From contig OX597824.1 in the NCBI GenBank assembly GCA_951406725.2, forward strand, positions 58,094,001-58,158,000: 64,000 nt of DNA, written 5' to 3'. Below, in pieces: positions 1 through 13,764 of this stretch. The translations under genes were made by a program, and so were the position numbers. How positions within the stretch are numbered: position 1 is the stretch's first letter; each line of letters starts with the position of its first letter. The stretch is from Octopus vulgaris (Eukaryota). The notes beneath the pieces were generated by a model. The model was not told where the DNA came from, did not search any database, and saw only the letters and a program-made list of their open reading frames with translations.

Positions 1-1777
1 CGGAAGACGGGACCGAAGCCAGCGGCCCTGAGGACGGCCGCTAGGTACCGATGGTCGACCCTATCGAAAGCTTTAGACTGATCCAAATTGATCAGCGTCC
101 CACCCATGCCAGGATCCTTAACTACCCTGTCCACGATGTAGAGAATCAGATGGAGGTTGTCCTGGATGGTTCTGCCCGGCACGGCGCATGTTTGTGCCTT
201 GTCGACCAGTTTATCGATGACAAGCGCCAACCTCTCGGCTATTACTTTGGCCAAAATTTTCAAATCTGCGTTGAGCAGAGTGATGGGCCTGAAGTTATCT
301 ATAAAATTCCCCTTGTTTGGGTCTTTCTTCAGCAACGTCACTGCACCTCGGCTCACGAAACCGGGGATTCTCCCGTTTTGTTGCCAGTTGCAGTAGACGG
401 ATGCCAAGAGGTCGCCAAATAAGTCTGGCATTTGACAATACAGCTCGTAGGGTAGACCATCCAAACCAGGCGACTTATCCCCCGCGCAGCCCCCATCGCA
501 TCCTGTACGTCGGCAGCTGTGATGGGTCTCTCACAACACTCTGCTTCTCTTGCCGAGAGCCGCGGCAGGCCGGTTAGGTAGGCACTGAAGTCCATTCCGT
601 GTTCCGACCCACCACTCGCACCAAACAGTCGAGCAAAGTGCTGTTGAAAGGCCTCACACATCCTTTCAGGTTCGAGTAAATTGCATCCCTGTTGATCTAT
701 TAGAGACCGAATGGTGGCTCTGTTGCCACGTTGCGCCTCCGCTACTCGGGCCTCTCGCTACTTCGTTGCGCCTCCGCTACTTCGTTCCTCAAGGCTAATT
801 TTAGCTCTGACGACGCAACCTTTGTGTTTGGCGTTGAGGTGTTGATCGAGGGCCATCCTCGCAGCCAGCACGTTGGTTTCGCTGCCAGTTGTAAGTGCCT
901 CTTCTAGTTTCTTAACTAAGTCTCCCTCCACTCTATTTCGATCTATCGCTAATTCCTTGCTAAACACAATTGATTCCGATTTGATTGCCATTTTCAGGGC
1001 AAACCACCAGCGGTTGTTAACGATGGCTCCCGTGAAAACCCTCTTAATTAACTCGCTAATCCGGTTCCTGCAAACCTGCTGCGCCAAGAGCGACGTGTTC
1101 AGTTTCCAGTAACCGGAACCCTGCCTAAGTAGAGCGTACACGTCATAAATTTGTGATCTGTGTAGCTGACTATCTAGATACGATCTCGACGATCCGACGC
1201 GGTTTGTCCAAGTCCACGTTGGCACATTCGGATGGTCGAGTCGGAACCTGCCAGACAAATGGAAACGTCTGAGCAGGTCATTGAAGCACTTACATCCCCT
1301 TCTCTTACTATCCATTCCCACATAATCTAGATGCGTGTCCAAGGTAGCGTTCCAATCCCCTACTAACAGTAACGGTCGAGACGTTCCCAGGAAAACCTCT
1401 AGACGTCTGAAGAAATCCGCCCAACTCGTTAAGGACGGTGCAAACACTGCCATCAGACGGAATGCACACCCATTTCTGCCATCCACGTCCAAGACAACCA
1501 GCCTACCCTCCGGGTCTAGGAATATTGATCTTACTTTTACGTTCAGGCTCTTTCGAGAAAGTACCGCGGAACCACCACCACCCATGTTTGGCAGACAGGG
1601 AGAAAAATAAATGTTGAATTGACCGCCAAACATGGACGCGAGGGCCCGCGGCTTACTGAGTCTGGTTTCACTGATAGCTACTATATCAATGTTCAGTGAC
1701 TTGATGTCATTTAGAAGGTAACCTTGCTTCCAAGCCGACGCCAAGCCGCGCACATTCACACAACCTAATTAAAGCAT
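1..1777 (-). pseudogene. Tx1/L1-clade non-LTR retrotransposon ORF2 (APE endonuclease + start of reverse transcriptase), disrupted; continues off the left edge
   Basis: Minus-strand translation gives APE motifs NVRGL, ISET, VGDWNA, TWTWTN, SYLD and GYWKLN (758-1759). An RT motif LINLDQSKAFDRVDH is readable at about 50-94. Frameshifts and stops are present, including a small tandem duplication at ~729-786. Confidence 0.92.
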
Positions 1778-1829
1778 AATTGATGGTCGAGAATTTGTTT
1801 TACACACAACAGTGAAAGAGACGAGAGGG

Positions 1830-2570
1830 AAGGTTACTTACTTGTTTCGAAAATTTGAGTAGTTTCTTCCTCTTTTGGGATGTCTTTGAGGAGGTTCTTA
1901 AAAAGTTTCTTTGATAAATACTTCTGGTACCCCCCGACCGCATTTTGAAAGAGGGTTTTGAGTGTGTGGTGCTGCGTTTGTATGACGTGTACTATTTTTA
2001 TGTGTCGGTGGTGTAGTGCGTGGATGGTTGTTCAGTTTATAGTCATCTTCACAAATGTTCGTGTTAGATGCGATGTGGTTCATTAGTTTTGTATTTTCTG
2101 TGTCTATTGCTGTTAGATATTTGTGTGTTTTGCAGTGTCATTGTTGGTTTGTATGTGTAAGGGACTGTCAGGAGTTATATATCTCCCTGCTTTATCTGCA
2201 TTTGCTTGTTTCGTGTTCTTTTGGGTCTTTTCCTTTTACCCCCTGTGGCTATTTGCCATTCTGTCGAACTTTCGTCGTTAGACGAAAAGTCTGACGAATC
2301 AGAAGGCAAAGCGTTTGCATCTATATGTGTGTTTGTAGAAGGTGTTGTTGTTTTGTGTGGTGTTTGTGTTGTTGGAGTATTAGGGACAGAATTTGTCTTT
2401 TCGTCATTGTTATTTGTTTTCTTGGTTGTTTTTCTTGGTGCTGGTATTGGTGTTGGTCTGTACTTTGATGTTGGTGGTGGTGTTGTTTCTCTAGTTGGTT
2501 GCGATGTCGAAGGTAATTGTGATGGTTTTGTTTCTCTTCTTGGTGACGGGGAAACAGTTTTTGCGTTGAC
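1830..2570 (-). mobile_element. Probable ORF1 C-terminal remnant of the same Tx1-like element, 5' end abutting (GATA)n
   Basis: Low-complexity S/T/P-rich frame ending in EWQIATGGKRKRPK, directly upstream of ORF2 on the same strand. Confidence 0.55.
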
Positions 2571-2571
2571 T

Positions 2572-2627
<56 letters not shown>

Positions 2628-2639
2628 TAGTGTATGCAT

Positions 2640-3012
2640 AGGCACAGGCGTAGCTGTGTGGTAGGAAGCTTGCTTCCTAATCACATGGTTCCGGGTTCAG
2701 TCCCACTGCGTGGCATCCTGGGCAAGTGTCATCTGCTATAGACTTGGACCGACACAAAGCCTTTATAGTGGATTTGGTAGACGGAAACTGAAAGTCTATA
2801 TATTTATGTGTGCGTATCTTTATATATATATGTGTGTGAGTGTGTATGTGTGTGTGTTTGTATGTATGTGTGTTTGCATATATATCTGTATATATATATG
2901 TGCATGTGTGTGTGTGTGTGCATCTTCGTTTGTCTCCCCACCACCGCTTGACAACAAATGTTGGTTTGTTTTTTCGTCCCCGAAACTTAGCTTTTCACAT
3001 AGGGTAGATAGA
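2640..3012 (+). mobile_element. tRNA-derived SINE family A, 3'-truncated where the Penelope-like fragment begins
   Basis: A-box-like TAGCTGTGTGG, B-box GGTTCAGTCCC, body GGATTTGGTAGACGGAAACTGAAAG, central TA/TG microsatellite. Confidence 0.85.
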
Positions 3013-3025
3013 CTGTGGTCAGTTT

Positions 3026-3688
3026 ATGGGTTACATTCTCTCTTCTCTTCATGATCGAGCAAAGAATATAAGTAGCTATCCTGATACACAACACGAAGAA
3101 ATGACCAAGCTAAGTAACAATCTATTAAGCAACAACTACCCCAAAAACATACTACCCACTCCAATTATGAAGGGAACAGAGGGTGAAGCCCATAAACTGA
3201 CCACAGTCTGTCTACCCTATGTGAAAGGCCTCTCCAAAAAGATACAAAAGATATGTAGCCCATATGACATCAGGACAGTATGCAAGAGTAATACAACACT
3301 TCGCAAATATCTCCTTCGAGTAAAACCACCAATAGAAGAGAATTTGACCAAAGACTGTGTGTACTCTATCCTGTGCAGCTGCAGCAGGTTATGCAAAGGC
3401 GAAACATGCCATCCCCTCAAAATAAGGGTAGAGGAACATCGCAAAGCTATAACACGAGGAGATATTGGTAAATCGGGTATAGCTGATCATGTATGGAGAA
3501 ACAGAGACCACCTCCCCCTTTCGGATGAAGTTAAAGTAATAGACAGAGAACACCATTAGAAAATACGAAAACCTGAAGAGTCAGCACATATTCTAAGACA
3601 CAACAACCTCCTAAGCAGACCGAGTGCAGATATGAATAGCATATGGGAACTGGTATTAAGGAAGGATAGGAAAATATTAGATTTATAA
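3026..3688 (+). pseudogene. Penelope-like element (PLE) RT C-terminus + GIY-YIG endonuclease, 5'-truncated, one in-frame stop
   Basis: Motifs LPYVKGLS, CVYSILCSCSRLCKGET (GIY-YIG-like), RVEEH and SGIADH. A TAG at 3557-3559 lies where a Trp is expected, and the frame continues KIRKPEESAHI...SIWELVL to TAA at 3686-3688. Confidence 0.9.
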
Positions 3689-3718
3689 GCCCTAAAAATT
3701 CACTCCATAATTGCCCAC

Positions 3719-3760
3719 GGGCATATGGCGTAGTGGTTAGGAGCGCGGGCTACTAACCCC
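3719..3760 (+). mobile_element. tRNA-like SINE head fragment
   Basis: GGGCATATGGCGTAGTGGTTAGGAGCGCGGGCTACTAACCCC: A-box/D-arm and anticodon-arm-like sequence, truncated before the B-box. Confidence 0.5.
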
Positions 3761-3826
3761 TCCATACACACACACACGCACGAGACATGTAGAATACAGG
3801 CAGTGACCTGAATAATAATAATAATG

Positions 3827-3893
<67 letters not shown>

Positions 3894-4439
3894 TAACGCC
3901 GGAAAAATACCTTAAGAATGAGAACCTAGGTTCGAAATTCTCCCTGAAGAGTACATCAGCCGAAACGCTGTGTTAACAACAAAGAAGATGAGGACAAATA
4001 TCCGCCAAATGTAAATAATGTACATCATTCTTCATCTCTCAAATGTAGAACTGTAGCACCAGTACATTGTATGTAAATGTATGTGTGTAGTACATATATA
4101 TATATATATATATATATATGGTACTTTATATAATCACCGTGCAATAAAAACAAAAAAAAACATTCGCACCGAAAGCATATATATATGTGTGAGTATGTAT
4201 GAATGTATGCATATATGTGTATTCGAGTCTGTATACTTAATACTGTTAGTCAATACAAACACCACCCCTTCATCCCCACCATACACACGCACACTAGACA
4301 TGTAGCCTCTCACACTGCTAAAATTCTTGTGGATGAAGCTAAGGGGAATAAAAGTCAAGGTTTGTAGTGGAAAATTCAAAAGAGAAAACAAAGCAAACAC
4401 ATATACATACATATGCACCATGCGTATACATACATATGT

Positions 4440-4492
<53 letters not shown>

Positions 4493-5044
4493 ACAATGAT
4501 AAACAAGTGTAAAGTACAATAGAAGTTTATAGTAATTGTTACCAAAGATACGAATACATTTTTCGTTTCTTTTCCGCTGTCTATTTATTTACTTTTCATT
4601 TATTTATTTCGCTTTGTGTTCGCCCATGATCAATAAAAGACCAGCTGGAGTCTGTGTTTTTTTGGCGGCTGAGTGGAGTATGCTGGAGCCAGCGCTGTTG
4701 GACACACAGACAAGCGCACATATTTATATACATACATGCATACATACATACATGCACACATACATACATACATACATACATACATACATACATACATACA
4801 TACATACATACATACATACATACATACAGATAAACATATATACGTACATACGTATAGACACGTATGAGAGTATATAATTTGCTTTGTAGCTAGTTTCGAA
4901 TTGGGCCATTTAATAAATGCAAAATATATGTTCAATGTGTGTAGTGTTGTGTGTATGAAGAGATGGAGAGAGAGAGGGAGGGAGTGAGGGAGGGAGAGAG
5001 TGAGAGAGAGAGTGAGAGAGAGATAGAAGGTGGGGTAGCTACTT

Positions 5045-5104
<60 letters not shown>

Positions 5105-5199
5105 TGGATGTGAATCAATATTTTTGTGGATCCTTTCAGTTGTCTGAAGACAACTCTGATAAACGCGTGACATACATACATGCATTGTTACTGTGGTTG

Positions 5200-5345
5200 T
5201 TGGCGAAGTAGTAGAATCGTTACTGCTTAGCGGCAGTTCGTCCGTCTTTACGTTCTGAATTCAAATTCTGCAGAGGTAGACTTTACTTTTCATCCTTTCG
5301 GGGTCGGGTAAATAAGTACCACTTGTCAACTGGTGTCGATGAACG
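5200..5345 (+). mobile_element. SINE family B fragment
   Basis: CGTTCTGAATTCAAATTC...TTTCATCCTTTCGGGGTCG..AAATAAGTACC, matching the copy at 18424-18653. Confidence 0.75.
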
Positions 5346-5451
5346 GCTTGTCCAGCTGTGACTGATCAATCTGATGCCTGCTCGGAAGGCTCTGCTATAG
5401 ACCGGGGATTGGCATACGCAGTTCATACGTACATACATTCATACATACTAT

Positions 5452-5601
5452 CACCACCACCACCACCACCACCACCACCACCACCACCACCACCACCACC
5501 ACCACCACCACCACCACCACCACCACCACCACCACCACCACCACCACCACCACCACCACCACCACCACCACCACCACCACCACCACTACTACTACTACTA
5601 T

Positions 5602-5653
<52 letters not shown>
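5452..5653. repeat. Compound (CCA)n(CTA)n trinucleotide microsatellite
   Basis: Directly visible; source of the poly-P/poly-L ORF. Confidence 0.97.
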
Positions 5654-5654
<1 letters not shown>

Positions 5655-6315
5655 GTGCTGTCACCTAGTAAATTTATTAAAAATTACTGCACGCTATCAA
5701 CCGGTTTCGCTGGTGGTCATTTCACGAAGTTTAAAGTATGCTCTTCATGCATTTTTAGACTTTGTGGTGGGAGATCCATATGGGATTATATTGCCATGTC
5801 GCTTTTGTCATATCCATCACAAGGGTTGTAATTGTTAGTTTGTGTCTTTTATGCCGCTTATATTCGTTTAATATGGGTATGATGATAAATATTTTCAGAA
5901 AATAATATTTCTGTTATAGTAAATGAGGTTCTTTTATGATAGGGAAGGATGGTTAAAAAACATATATCTGTCTTTACAAAATGTGTTTAGTCAGTACTTT
6001 TTTTGTGTTGCTTCTGCTGTTGTTATTTATATTGTTATTCTTTTATTGGTGTGAATTTAGTTGATTCTGGTTTTCTTAAATTTTAAAATTTTAAATTTAG
6101 TGAAATAATGCAGTAAAACTATTTCAAGTTTATAATTCTAATTGCTTCAATACACATACGTATTCAAAAGTGTGTTTGCATGTACATACATACATACATA
6201 CATACATACATACATTCATACATACATACATACATACATACATGCATGCATGCATGCATACATACATACATACATACATACATACATACATACATACATA
6301 CATACATACATACAT

Positions 6316-6479
6316 AGGTGCTGGTGTGGCTTTGTCGTAAGAAGTTTGTTTCCCAACCACATTGTTCAAGGTTCAGCCCCACTGCGTGGCACCTTGATCT
6401 AGCATTTTCAGCTATATCCTCGAGCCGACCAAAGCCTTGTGAGTAGATATGGTAGACGGAAACTGATAAAAGCTCATCG

Positions 6480-6518
<39 letters not shown>

Positions 6519-6740
6519 CTGTGTCTTTTTTTCTGTGTCTATCCCCAACCAGCGCTTGACAACCAGTGTTGGTGATATTACTTTCGGGTAACTTAGTGGT
6601 TCTGCAAAAGCTACCGATAGAATAAGTACCTGGCTTTGAAGAAAAGAAGTACTGCGGTCGATTTATTTGATTAAAGGTTCCTGAAGGCGGTGCCTCAACA
6701 TGGCCGCAGTTTAATAACTGAAACAGAAAAGATGAAAAAA
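6316..6740 (+). mobile_element. SINE family A, full-length diverged copy
   Basis: Head, body, central (TA)(TG) tract and 3' tail GGCGGTGCCTCAACATGGCCGCAGT..AACTGAAAC. Confidence 0.85.
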
Positions 6741-7972
6741 AGGTAGTATATATACACATGCAAACACTCACGCAAATTCATATATATTTCCACGCATACA
6801 CACACACACGCGCGCGCGCCCGCGCACAGAGAGAGAGAGAGAGAGAGAGAAAGACATACACACAGAAAAACATGCACACATCATGGGCATGGGCTTCTCA
6901 AGAGTTCATTCTTAAATTAAGTACTCATTGCCTTTTAAAGTATAGTGTAGGCATTTCTGTTACTGTTCGACCATGCAAGTACACGGTACGTGTTTGCAAT
7001 AACATTTCAGAGGTCATGGCGATTTCTCAGAAATATTACACAATATTTAATAAATTTCATATTAAAATACCGGCCGTAAAAACAAACAGCGAAATACATA
7101 ACCCTGATAAATTTTAATGAAATACTTATATAAGAAACCATATAAGGGAATATGACTATATTTGGAAAGTCGGATATTGATTTTTATGTAGGGTGAAAGA
7201 AAAGGAAAAATACAAGGAAATAAAGCAAGATAAAGTGAAAGTAATTAGTGTCTAATAGAAATTTGATATAGATAAACGATTTTTTTTAAATAAATAAATT
7301 TGACATTCATTTGTAGGAATTCGCCTTTTTGATTTGATAACTAACATGAAAAACGCTGTATGTTGTCTTATTCATAATTACAACTTCACACGCACGCACA
7401 CACACACACACACGCACACACACGCACACACACACACACACGCACGCACACACACACACACACACACACACGCACGCACACAAACACACACATATTGCGT
7501 TTCATGATTAATTGATATATATCTTTATTTTAAAACTTTAACTGCTGGAGGAGTGCTAAAGGTCATTCTTTCACTCGTCTTCTCTCTACTTCTTTTTTTC
7601 TTTCTTTTCCTTTACCGATATTCGAATTTCCAAATGGTCATATTATCCAATATATTTTTATACCTAAGGGTGTCATGTAATTTCTCAAATCTATGTTTTC
7701 ATTGTTTTCTTTAGTTTATTTTTCTAATAGGATATATGTAAATACAAGCATATATTTTTACCACTCACACGCCACCACCACAATCACCATTATCACCACT
7801 ACCACTGTCCCCCCCACCTATTTTGATACTTTTATTGATATATTTTTTATTTTGGCCGAGTCAGTCTTCCATCACTCTAGAGTTTCCCCATTCACGAGCT
7901 CATCAGGCAAGTCGTCAGAGTCATCATTAAACGGATGTGTGTGTGTGTGTGTGTGTGTGAGTGTGCGTGTGC

Positions 7973-8021
<49 letters not shown>

Positions 8022-8385
8022 TATGTAAATTTTCTAAAAAATCATTTTCATCTCTGTGTTGAGGAATGTACTAGATACTTGGACATGCAGCGAATACAGC
8101 ACATGATGCAGCTATATATTTGTGTAACACCTACAAATAGACACGCACAAGCACATAGACACACACACACACACACACATACACATACACGCAGACAGAC
8201 AAAGACACACACACAAGAAAACACCTCCCCCCACACATACACATAGGTTAGTTCAAATATGTTTGGGACACATTTGAACTAACATATTTGAGTTTGTTTA
8301 TTTTCCATTACTGCTTCGCGCCACTACTAATACATGCATACATACATACATACATACATGCATACATACATACATACATACATAT

Positions 8386-8547
8386 AGGTGCAGGAGTGGC
8401 TGTGTGGTAAGTAGCTTGCTAACCAACTACATGGTTCTGTGTTCAGTCCCACTGCGTGGCATCTTGGGCAAGTGTCTTCTGCTATAGCCCCGGGCCGACC
8501 AATGCCTTGTGAGTGGATTTGGTAGACGGAAACTGAAAGAAGTCTGT

Positions 8548-8584
<37 letters not shown>

Positions 8585-8788
8585 TTGTCCCCCTAGCATT
8601 GCTTGACAACCGATGCTGGTGTTTTTACGTCCCCGTCACTTAGCGGTTCGGCAAAAGAGACCGATAGAATAAGTACTGGGCTTACGAAGAATAAGTCCCG
8701 GGGTCGATTTGTTCGACTAAAAGGTGGTGCTCCAGCATGGCCGCAGTCAAATGACTGAAACAAGTAAAAGAGTAAAGAGAGAAAAGAG
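8386..8788 (+). mobile_element. SINE family A, young full-length copy
   Basis: Near-identical to 11415-11827, 38673-39054 and 58402-58804; tail GTAAAAGA repeats. Confidence 0.92.
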
Positions 8789-8794
8789 TATACA

Positions 8795-8827
<33 letters not shown>

Positions 8828-9082
8828 GCATACATACATACATATATGCATATATGCATGCATACATAATGCATACATACATACATATATGCATACATGC
8901 ATGCATTCATAATGCATGCATACATACATACATGCATCCATGCATGCATACATACATGCATGCATACATGCATGCATACATAGTACTATATACATACATA
9001 CATGCGTGCATACATACATGCATACATACGTATGTACATACTTACCTACCTACCTACCTACCTACCTACCTACATACCTACA

Positions 9083-9116
<34 letters not shown>

Positions 9117-10159
9117 CATACATACATACATACATAATACTCTCTCTCACATACACATACACACATTCTTTTATACATTTCAACCCAAAGGCTCTGGTCA
9201 TGCTGGAGCACCGCCAGTTTATGAACAATTTTGATCACACTCAATATTGAGATAAACTGGACTATCCAGTATATTCAGCCATTTTCAAGTTTGTGGAACG
9301 TGGGTTAAAGGAGATTTTGCTGCTATTTCTAGCAAGATGAGTGACTAGAACTTTGCCCCACCCACCTTTAGTTTTGGCCACCACTGGGTATCAGAGTGCA
9401 AGTATACCATGTCCAGAGTGCAATACTGAGCACATGCACTAACTACTACATGGTGAGGTCTACGTGGATTTCGACCTACAAGAATTCGAAGCCAAATCGC
9501 TCTCAGTTATTGGATATTCCCTTGGAAATTAAATGATTAATGCAGTTATATGTGATCATTAAATGAAAATAAATGTGATGACCATAATTTTTCAGACATA
9601 GGTCTGCTCAAACAAGGTTTGCCTGGGACTAAACAACAGCAACCACAGCATCAAAGAATGTACAATGCGTTCCTCGTCAACCACAGAGAGAGAGAGAGAG
9701 AGGAGGGAGAGAGGGGGTAGTGGCGATCTCTGGTTCGCACCCGTGTTGTTCGGTCGAATATGTAGGTTAGATCTGGGCAAACAACAATAACAACAACAAC
9801 AACAACAACAACGTCGACGACGACGACTTAGCCAAATCACAGCCAATATTGGAAGCACATTTTTAAGATTAAGAAATACGGCAGCAGCAAATGTTTCGTT
9901 ACGCAGGTCACAAATAACTGAAATACATACACAACAGCGTCACAATAGGCTTTTGTTGTCGTGTAATTTAATATTTGGCTAGACACACACACACACACGC
10001 ACACACACATACAAAGGCACACACAGACATACACAACCTAAATATATTGAATTCATTAAATGTTTATACTTTATCAAATCATCACAGAACTTACTACATC
10101 CTTGTTTATTACACAGAAATTACACACACAGCGTAAAACTGAGTGTCTGTACGTATACG

Positions 10160-10244
<85 letters not shown>

Positions 10245-10353
10245 GTCTGTCTGTCTGTCTGTCTGTCTGTATGTCTGTCTTTCTGTCTGTTTGTCTGTCT
10301 GTCTGTCTATCTCTCTATCTGTGTGTGTGTGCGGTGCATGTGCGCGTGTGTGT

Positions 10354-10423
<70 letters not shown>

Positions 10424-10771
10424 ATATGTAAAAAATATTTTGCGGAAAAAGCAAAAGCAGAAGCAAAAAAAAAAAAAAAAGGAAGAATAACAGAAAGAAA
10501 GATAGGAAGAAACAAGAAAACAAAAATTTGTTGGTTCCACGATCAGAAAAATGGGAAGATTGAATTTTTATGGCCTTTTTGGCAACGTTCTTCTTTAGAG
10601 AGTAGAGGGGAAAAGGAGAAACAGGAAAAATAAAGAAAGAAAATTTTGCAATTTATGTAAAAAAAAAATAATAATCTACGAAACTCTAGGTACCAATCGC
10701 ATCCTCTTCTACCTCATCCTGGAGCTTACCCTTGTACGTCGAATCACTATGGACTTTCAGCGTTCAGTGTA

Positions 10772-10920
10772 TATACGACTGTTCTTTCAGTTTCCGTCTA
10801 CTAAATCTACTCAATGCTTTGGTCGGCTCGAGGCTTATACTAGAAGACACCTGCCCAAGGTGCCACCCGAACTATGTGGTTGGGAAGTAAGCTTTTTACT
10901 ACACAACTACGCCTGCGCCT
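10772..10920 (-). mobile_element. SINE family A 5' half, diverged
   Basis: Reverse complement of head and left body (CTTTCAGTTTCCGTCTAC...CCTGCGCC). Confidence 0.75.
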
Positions 10921-10939
10921 ATCCAAATGTACACACACA

Positions 10940-10976
<37 letters not shown>

Positions 10977-11259
10977 TCACAAATATGTGTGTTCATTCGA
11001 TTGGGTGTTGTGCGCGCGTGTGCCTGCGTGATGGTGCGAATCCTTTTATTTTACTTGCTTCAATCGTTGGACAAGACGGGGCAAGATGGGACACTGACTG
11101 GAAGCGTTTGAATAGCACGAATCGCAGCTCAGTACTTATTTTGAAAGCCTCGTACTTATTGGTCTCGTTCGCGAACGATTAAGTTACAGAGAGGGAAACA
11201 ATCCAACCCTTGCGATGGGGGAAAACAACAATAAAGATACCCACCACCCACTAAATATA

Positions 11260-11405
11260 CAGGGGGTACCGAAAAGTTCCTTTAGGCAAAAGAAAACACA
11301 GGGGGATCAGTTAATTATGAGTTTATTCAACATAATTCTCCTCTCAGATTCACACACTTATTGTAGTGGTTCTTCAGTTTTTCTAAGCCCTGAAAAAGAA
11401 CCCGA
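11260..11405 (-). mobile_element. mariner-type DNA transposon 3' end (transposase C-terminus + TIR)
   Basis: Minus strand reads GLEKLKNHYNKCVNLRGE, resembling the mariner C-terminal W.KC...G.YVE motif; TA|CAGGGGGTACCGAAAAGTTCC terminus. Confidence 0.7.
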
Positions 11406-11414
11406 AAGTTTGGA

Positions 11415-11827
11415 CTTTACTCTTTTACTCTTTACTCTTTTACTTGTTTCAGTCATTTGACTGCGGCCATGCTGGAGCGCCGCCTTTAGTCGAGCAAATC
11501 GACCCCGGGACTTATTCTTTGTAAGCCCAGTACTTATTCTATCGGTCTCTTTTGCCGAACCGCTAAGTGACGGGGACGTAAACGCACCAGCATCGGTTGT
11601 CAAGCAATGCTAGTGGGACAAACACAGACACACAAACACACACACATATATATATACATATATACGACAGGCTACTTTCAGTTTCCGTCTACCAAATCCA
11701 CTCACAAGGCATTGGTCGGCCCGGGGCTATAGCAGAAGACACTTGCCCAAGATGCCACGCAGTGGGACTGAACCCGGAACCATGTAGTTGGTTAGCAAGC
11801 TACTTACCACACAGCCACTCCTGCGCC
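11415..11827 (-). mobile_element. SINE family A, young full-length copy
   Basis: Complete reverse-complement copy with (CTTTTACT)n tail. Confidence 0.92.
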
Positions 11828-11897
11828 TTTCTTAATTTTTAAAAATAAAACAAGTGTAAAAAACCTGCATTATTTACGGGATGACTCAATATGTATG

Positions 11898-12088
<191 letters not shown>

Positions 12089-12174
12089 CGCTTAGGTACT
12101 CATTAACTACAGTGCTTTGTGGCTTTTGAGATATTTTGAGATTATAAGTTACCCATATAATTTATTATATATAT

Positions 12175-12211
<37 letters not shown>

Positions 12212-12309
12212 TGCGTGTGTGTGTGTGTGTGCGTGTGTGCAAGTATTTCGATATATTGCATTTAGGCTCAAATTGCTAATAAGTTACCCATATAATTTAT
12301 TATATATAT

Positions 12310-12366
<57 letters not shown>

Positions 12367-12420
12367 TGCGTGTGTGCAAGTATTTCGATATATATGCATA
12401 ATCATATATATATATATATA

Positions 12421-12947
12421 TAGCGGTTCGGCAAAATAGACCGATAGAATAAGTACTGGGCTTACAAAGAATAAGTCCCGGGGTCGATTTGCTCGACTAA
12501 AGGCGGTGCTCCAGCATGGCCGCAGTCAAAATGACTGAAACAAGTAAAAGAATAAAATAAAAGAAAAGAAAAATATATACATCGTCAGAGGCGTGCTTCC
12601 CAACCACGTAGTTCTGGGTTTAGTCCCATTGCGTGGCACTTGGGCAAGTGTCTTCTACAATAGCCTCGGGCCGATAAAAGCCTTGAGTAGATTTGGTAGA
12701 CAGAAACTGAAAGAAGTTCGTCGTATATATATATATGTGTATATATATTTGCGTGTCTTTGTTTATCCCCCCACAATCACTTGACAGCCGATGTTGGTGT
12801 GTTTACGTCTCCGTAACTAGCGGTTTGGCTATAAAGTCTGATAGAATTAGTGCTAGACTTACAAAGAATAAGTCCTGGGGTCGATTTGTTCGAGTAAAGG
12901 CGGTGCTTCAGCATGGCTGCAGTCAAATGACTGAGTCAAGTAAAAGT
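12421..12947 (+). mobile_element. SINE family A 3' half followed by a second near-complete copy
   Basis: 12421-12570 is right body + tail; 12590-12947 is left body, microsatellite, right body and tail. Confidence 0.85.
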
Positions 12948-13158
12948 ATATATGTATGTATGTATGTATGCATGTATGTATGTATGTATGTATGTATGTA
13001 TGTATGTATGTATGTATGTATGTATGTATGTATGTATGTGTGTATATGAATATATATAAAATAAAACAAATAGTGAAGGATTATGAATCCGGACAAAATA
13101 CTTCATAGCTCTCTGTTCGCATATCAAGCTAACAATATTATTTAGATTAGCGAAGAAC

Positions 13159-13258
13159 TGGCTCTGACGAAGGTAGCATTAATTTTCTTAGGTCATTCAA
13201 TTTACAGACCAATTGAGTAAACCTATCTATAATGATTACTGGAAACAGCTGTAAGCCA
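13159..13258 (+). ncRNA. Type I hammerhead ribozyme with long stem II
   Basis: Stem I UGGCU(13159-63)/AGCCA(13254-58); core CUGACGA(13164-70); extended stem II; GAAA(13242-45); palindromic stem III ACAGCUGU; GUA cleavage triplet ending at 13253. Confidence 0.75.
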
Positions 13259-13314
13259 AATTTGCTCTAATTAAGGAATTATATGTAATGTCCATTATTT
13301 CAAAATTGGTTCTC

Positions 13315-13369
<55 letters not shown>

Positions 13370-13719
13370 CAAGGAAAAATTGTAAAAATGCAGAATGCTA
13401 AATTGGAAGAAAATTTTAATGAAATGAGAAATTGATAAAATATATAAATATATATTAATTCAAACCGGTTTTCGTCATAATGTGACTTTTCAAGAATTGT
13501 AAGGTAAAAATTTTTTTTTAAAGTGAGAAAGGGGAAAAAAAGAAAATTGCATTGTTTTTTTTGCAAAAGAATAATAATAAATATGTACAAAAATAAAAAA
13601 ATAAGTACTCCGATACATTGTGAATTCTTTGTGTATCTTGAGTTTAATGATTGTTCACGAAAAAATTACCTTGAAGTATTAGGATCCAATGGGATTAAAA
13701 CCATGTGTTGTTTAGTTTA

Positions 13720-13764
<45 letters not shown>

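Noticed and set aside
5358-5831. Poly-proline/poly-leucine 157 aa ORF
   Set aside because: Entirely explained by the (CCA)n(CTA)n repeat.
8386-8460. tRNA genes at SINE heads
   Set aside because: A/B boxes are present but there is no complete cloverleaf, and they are always attached to the SINE body.
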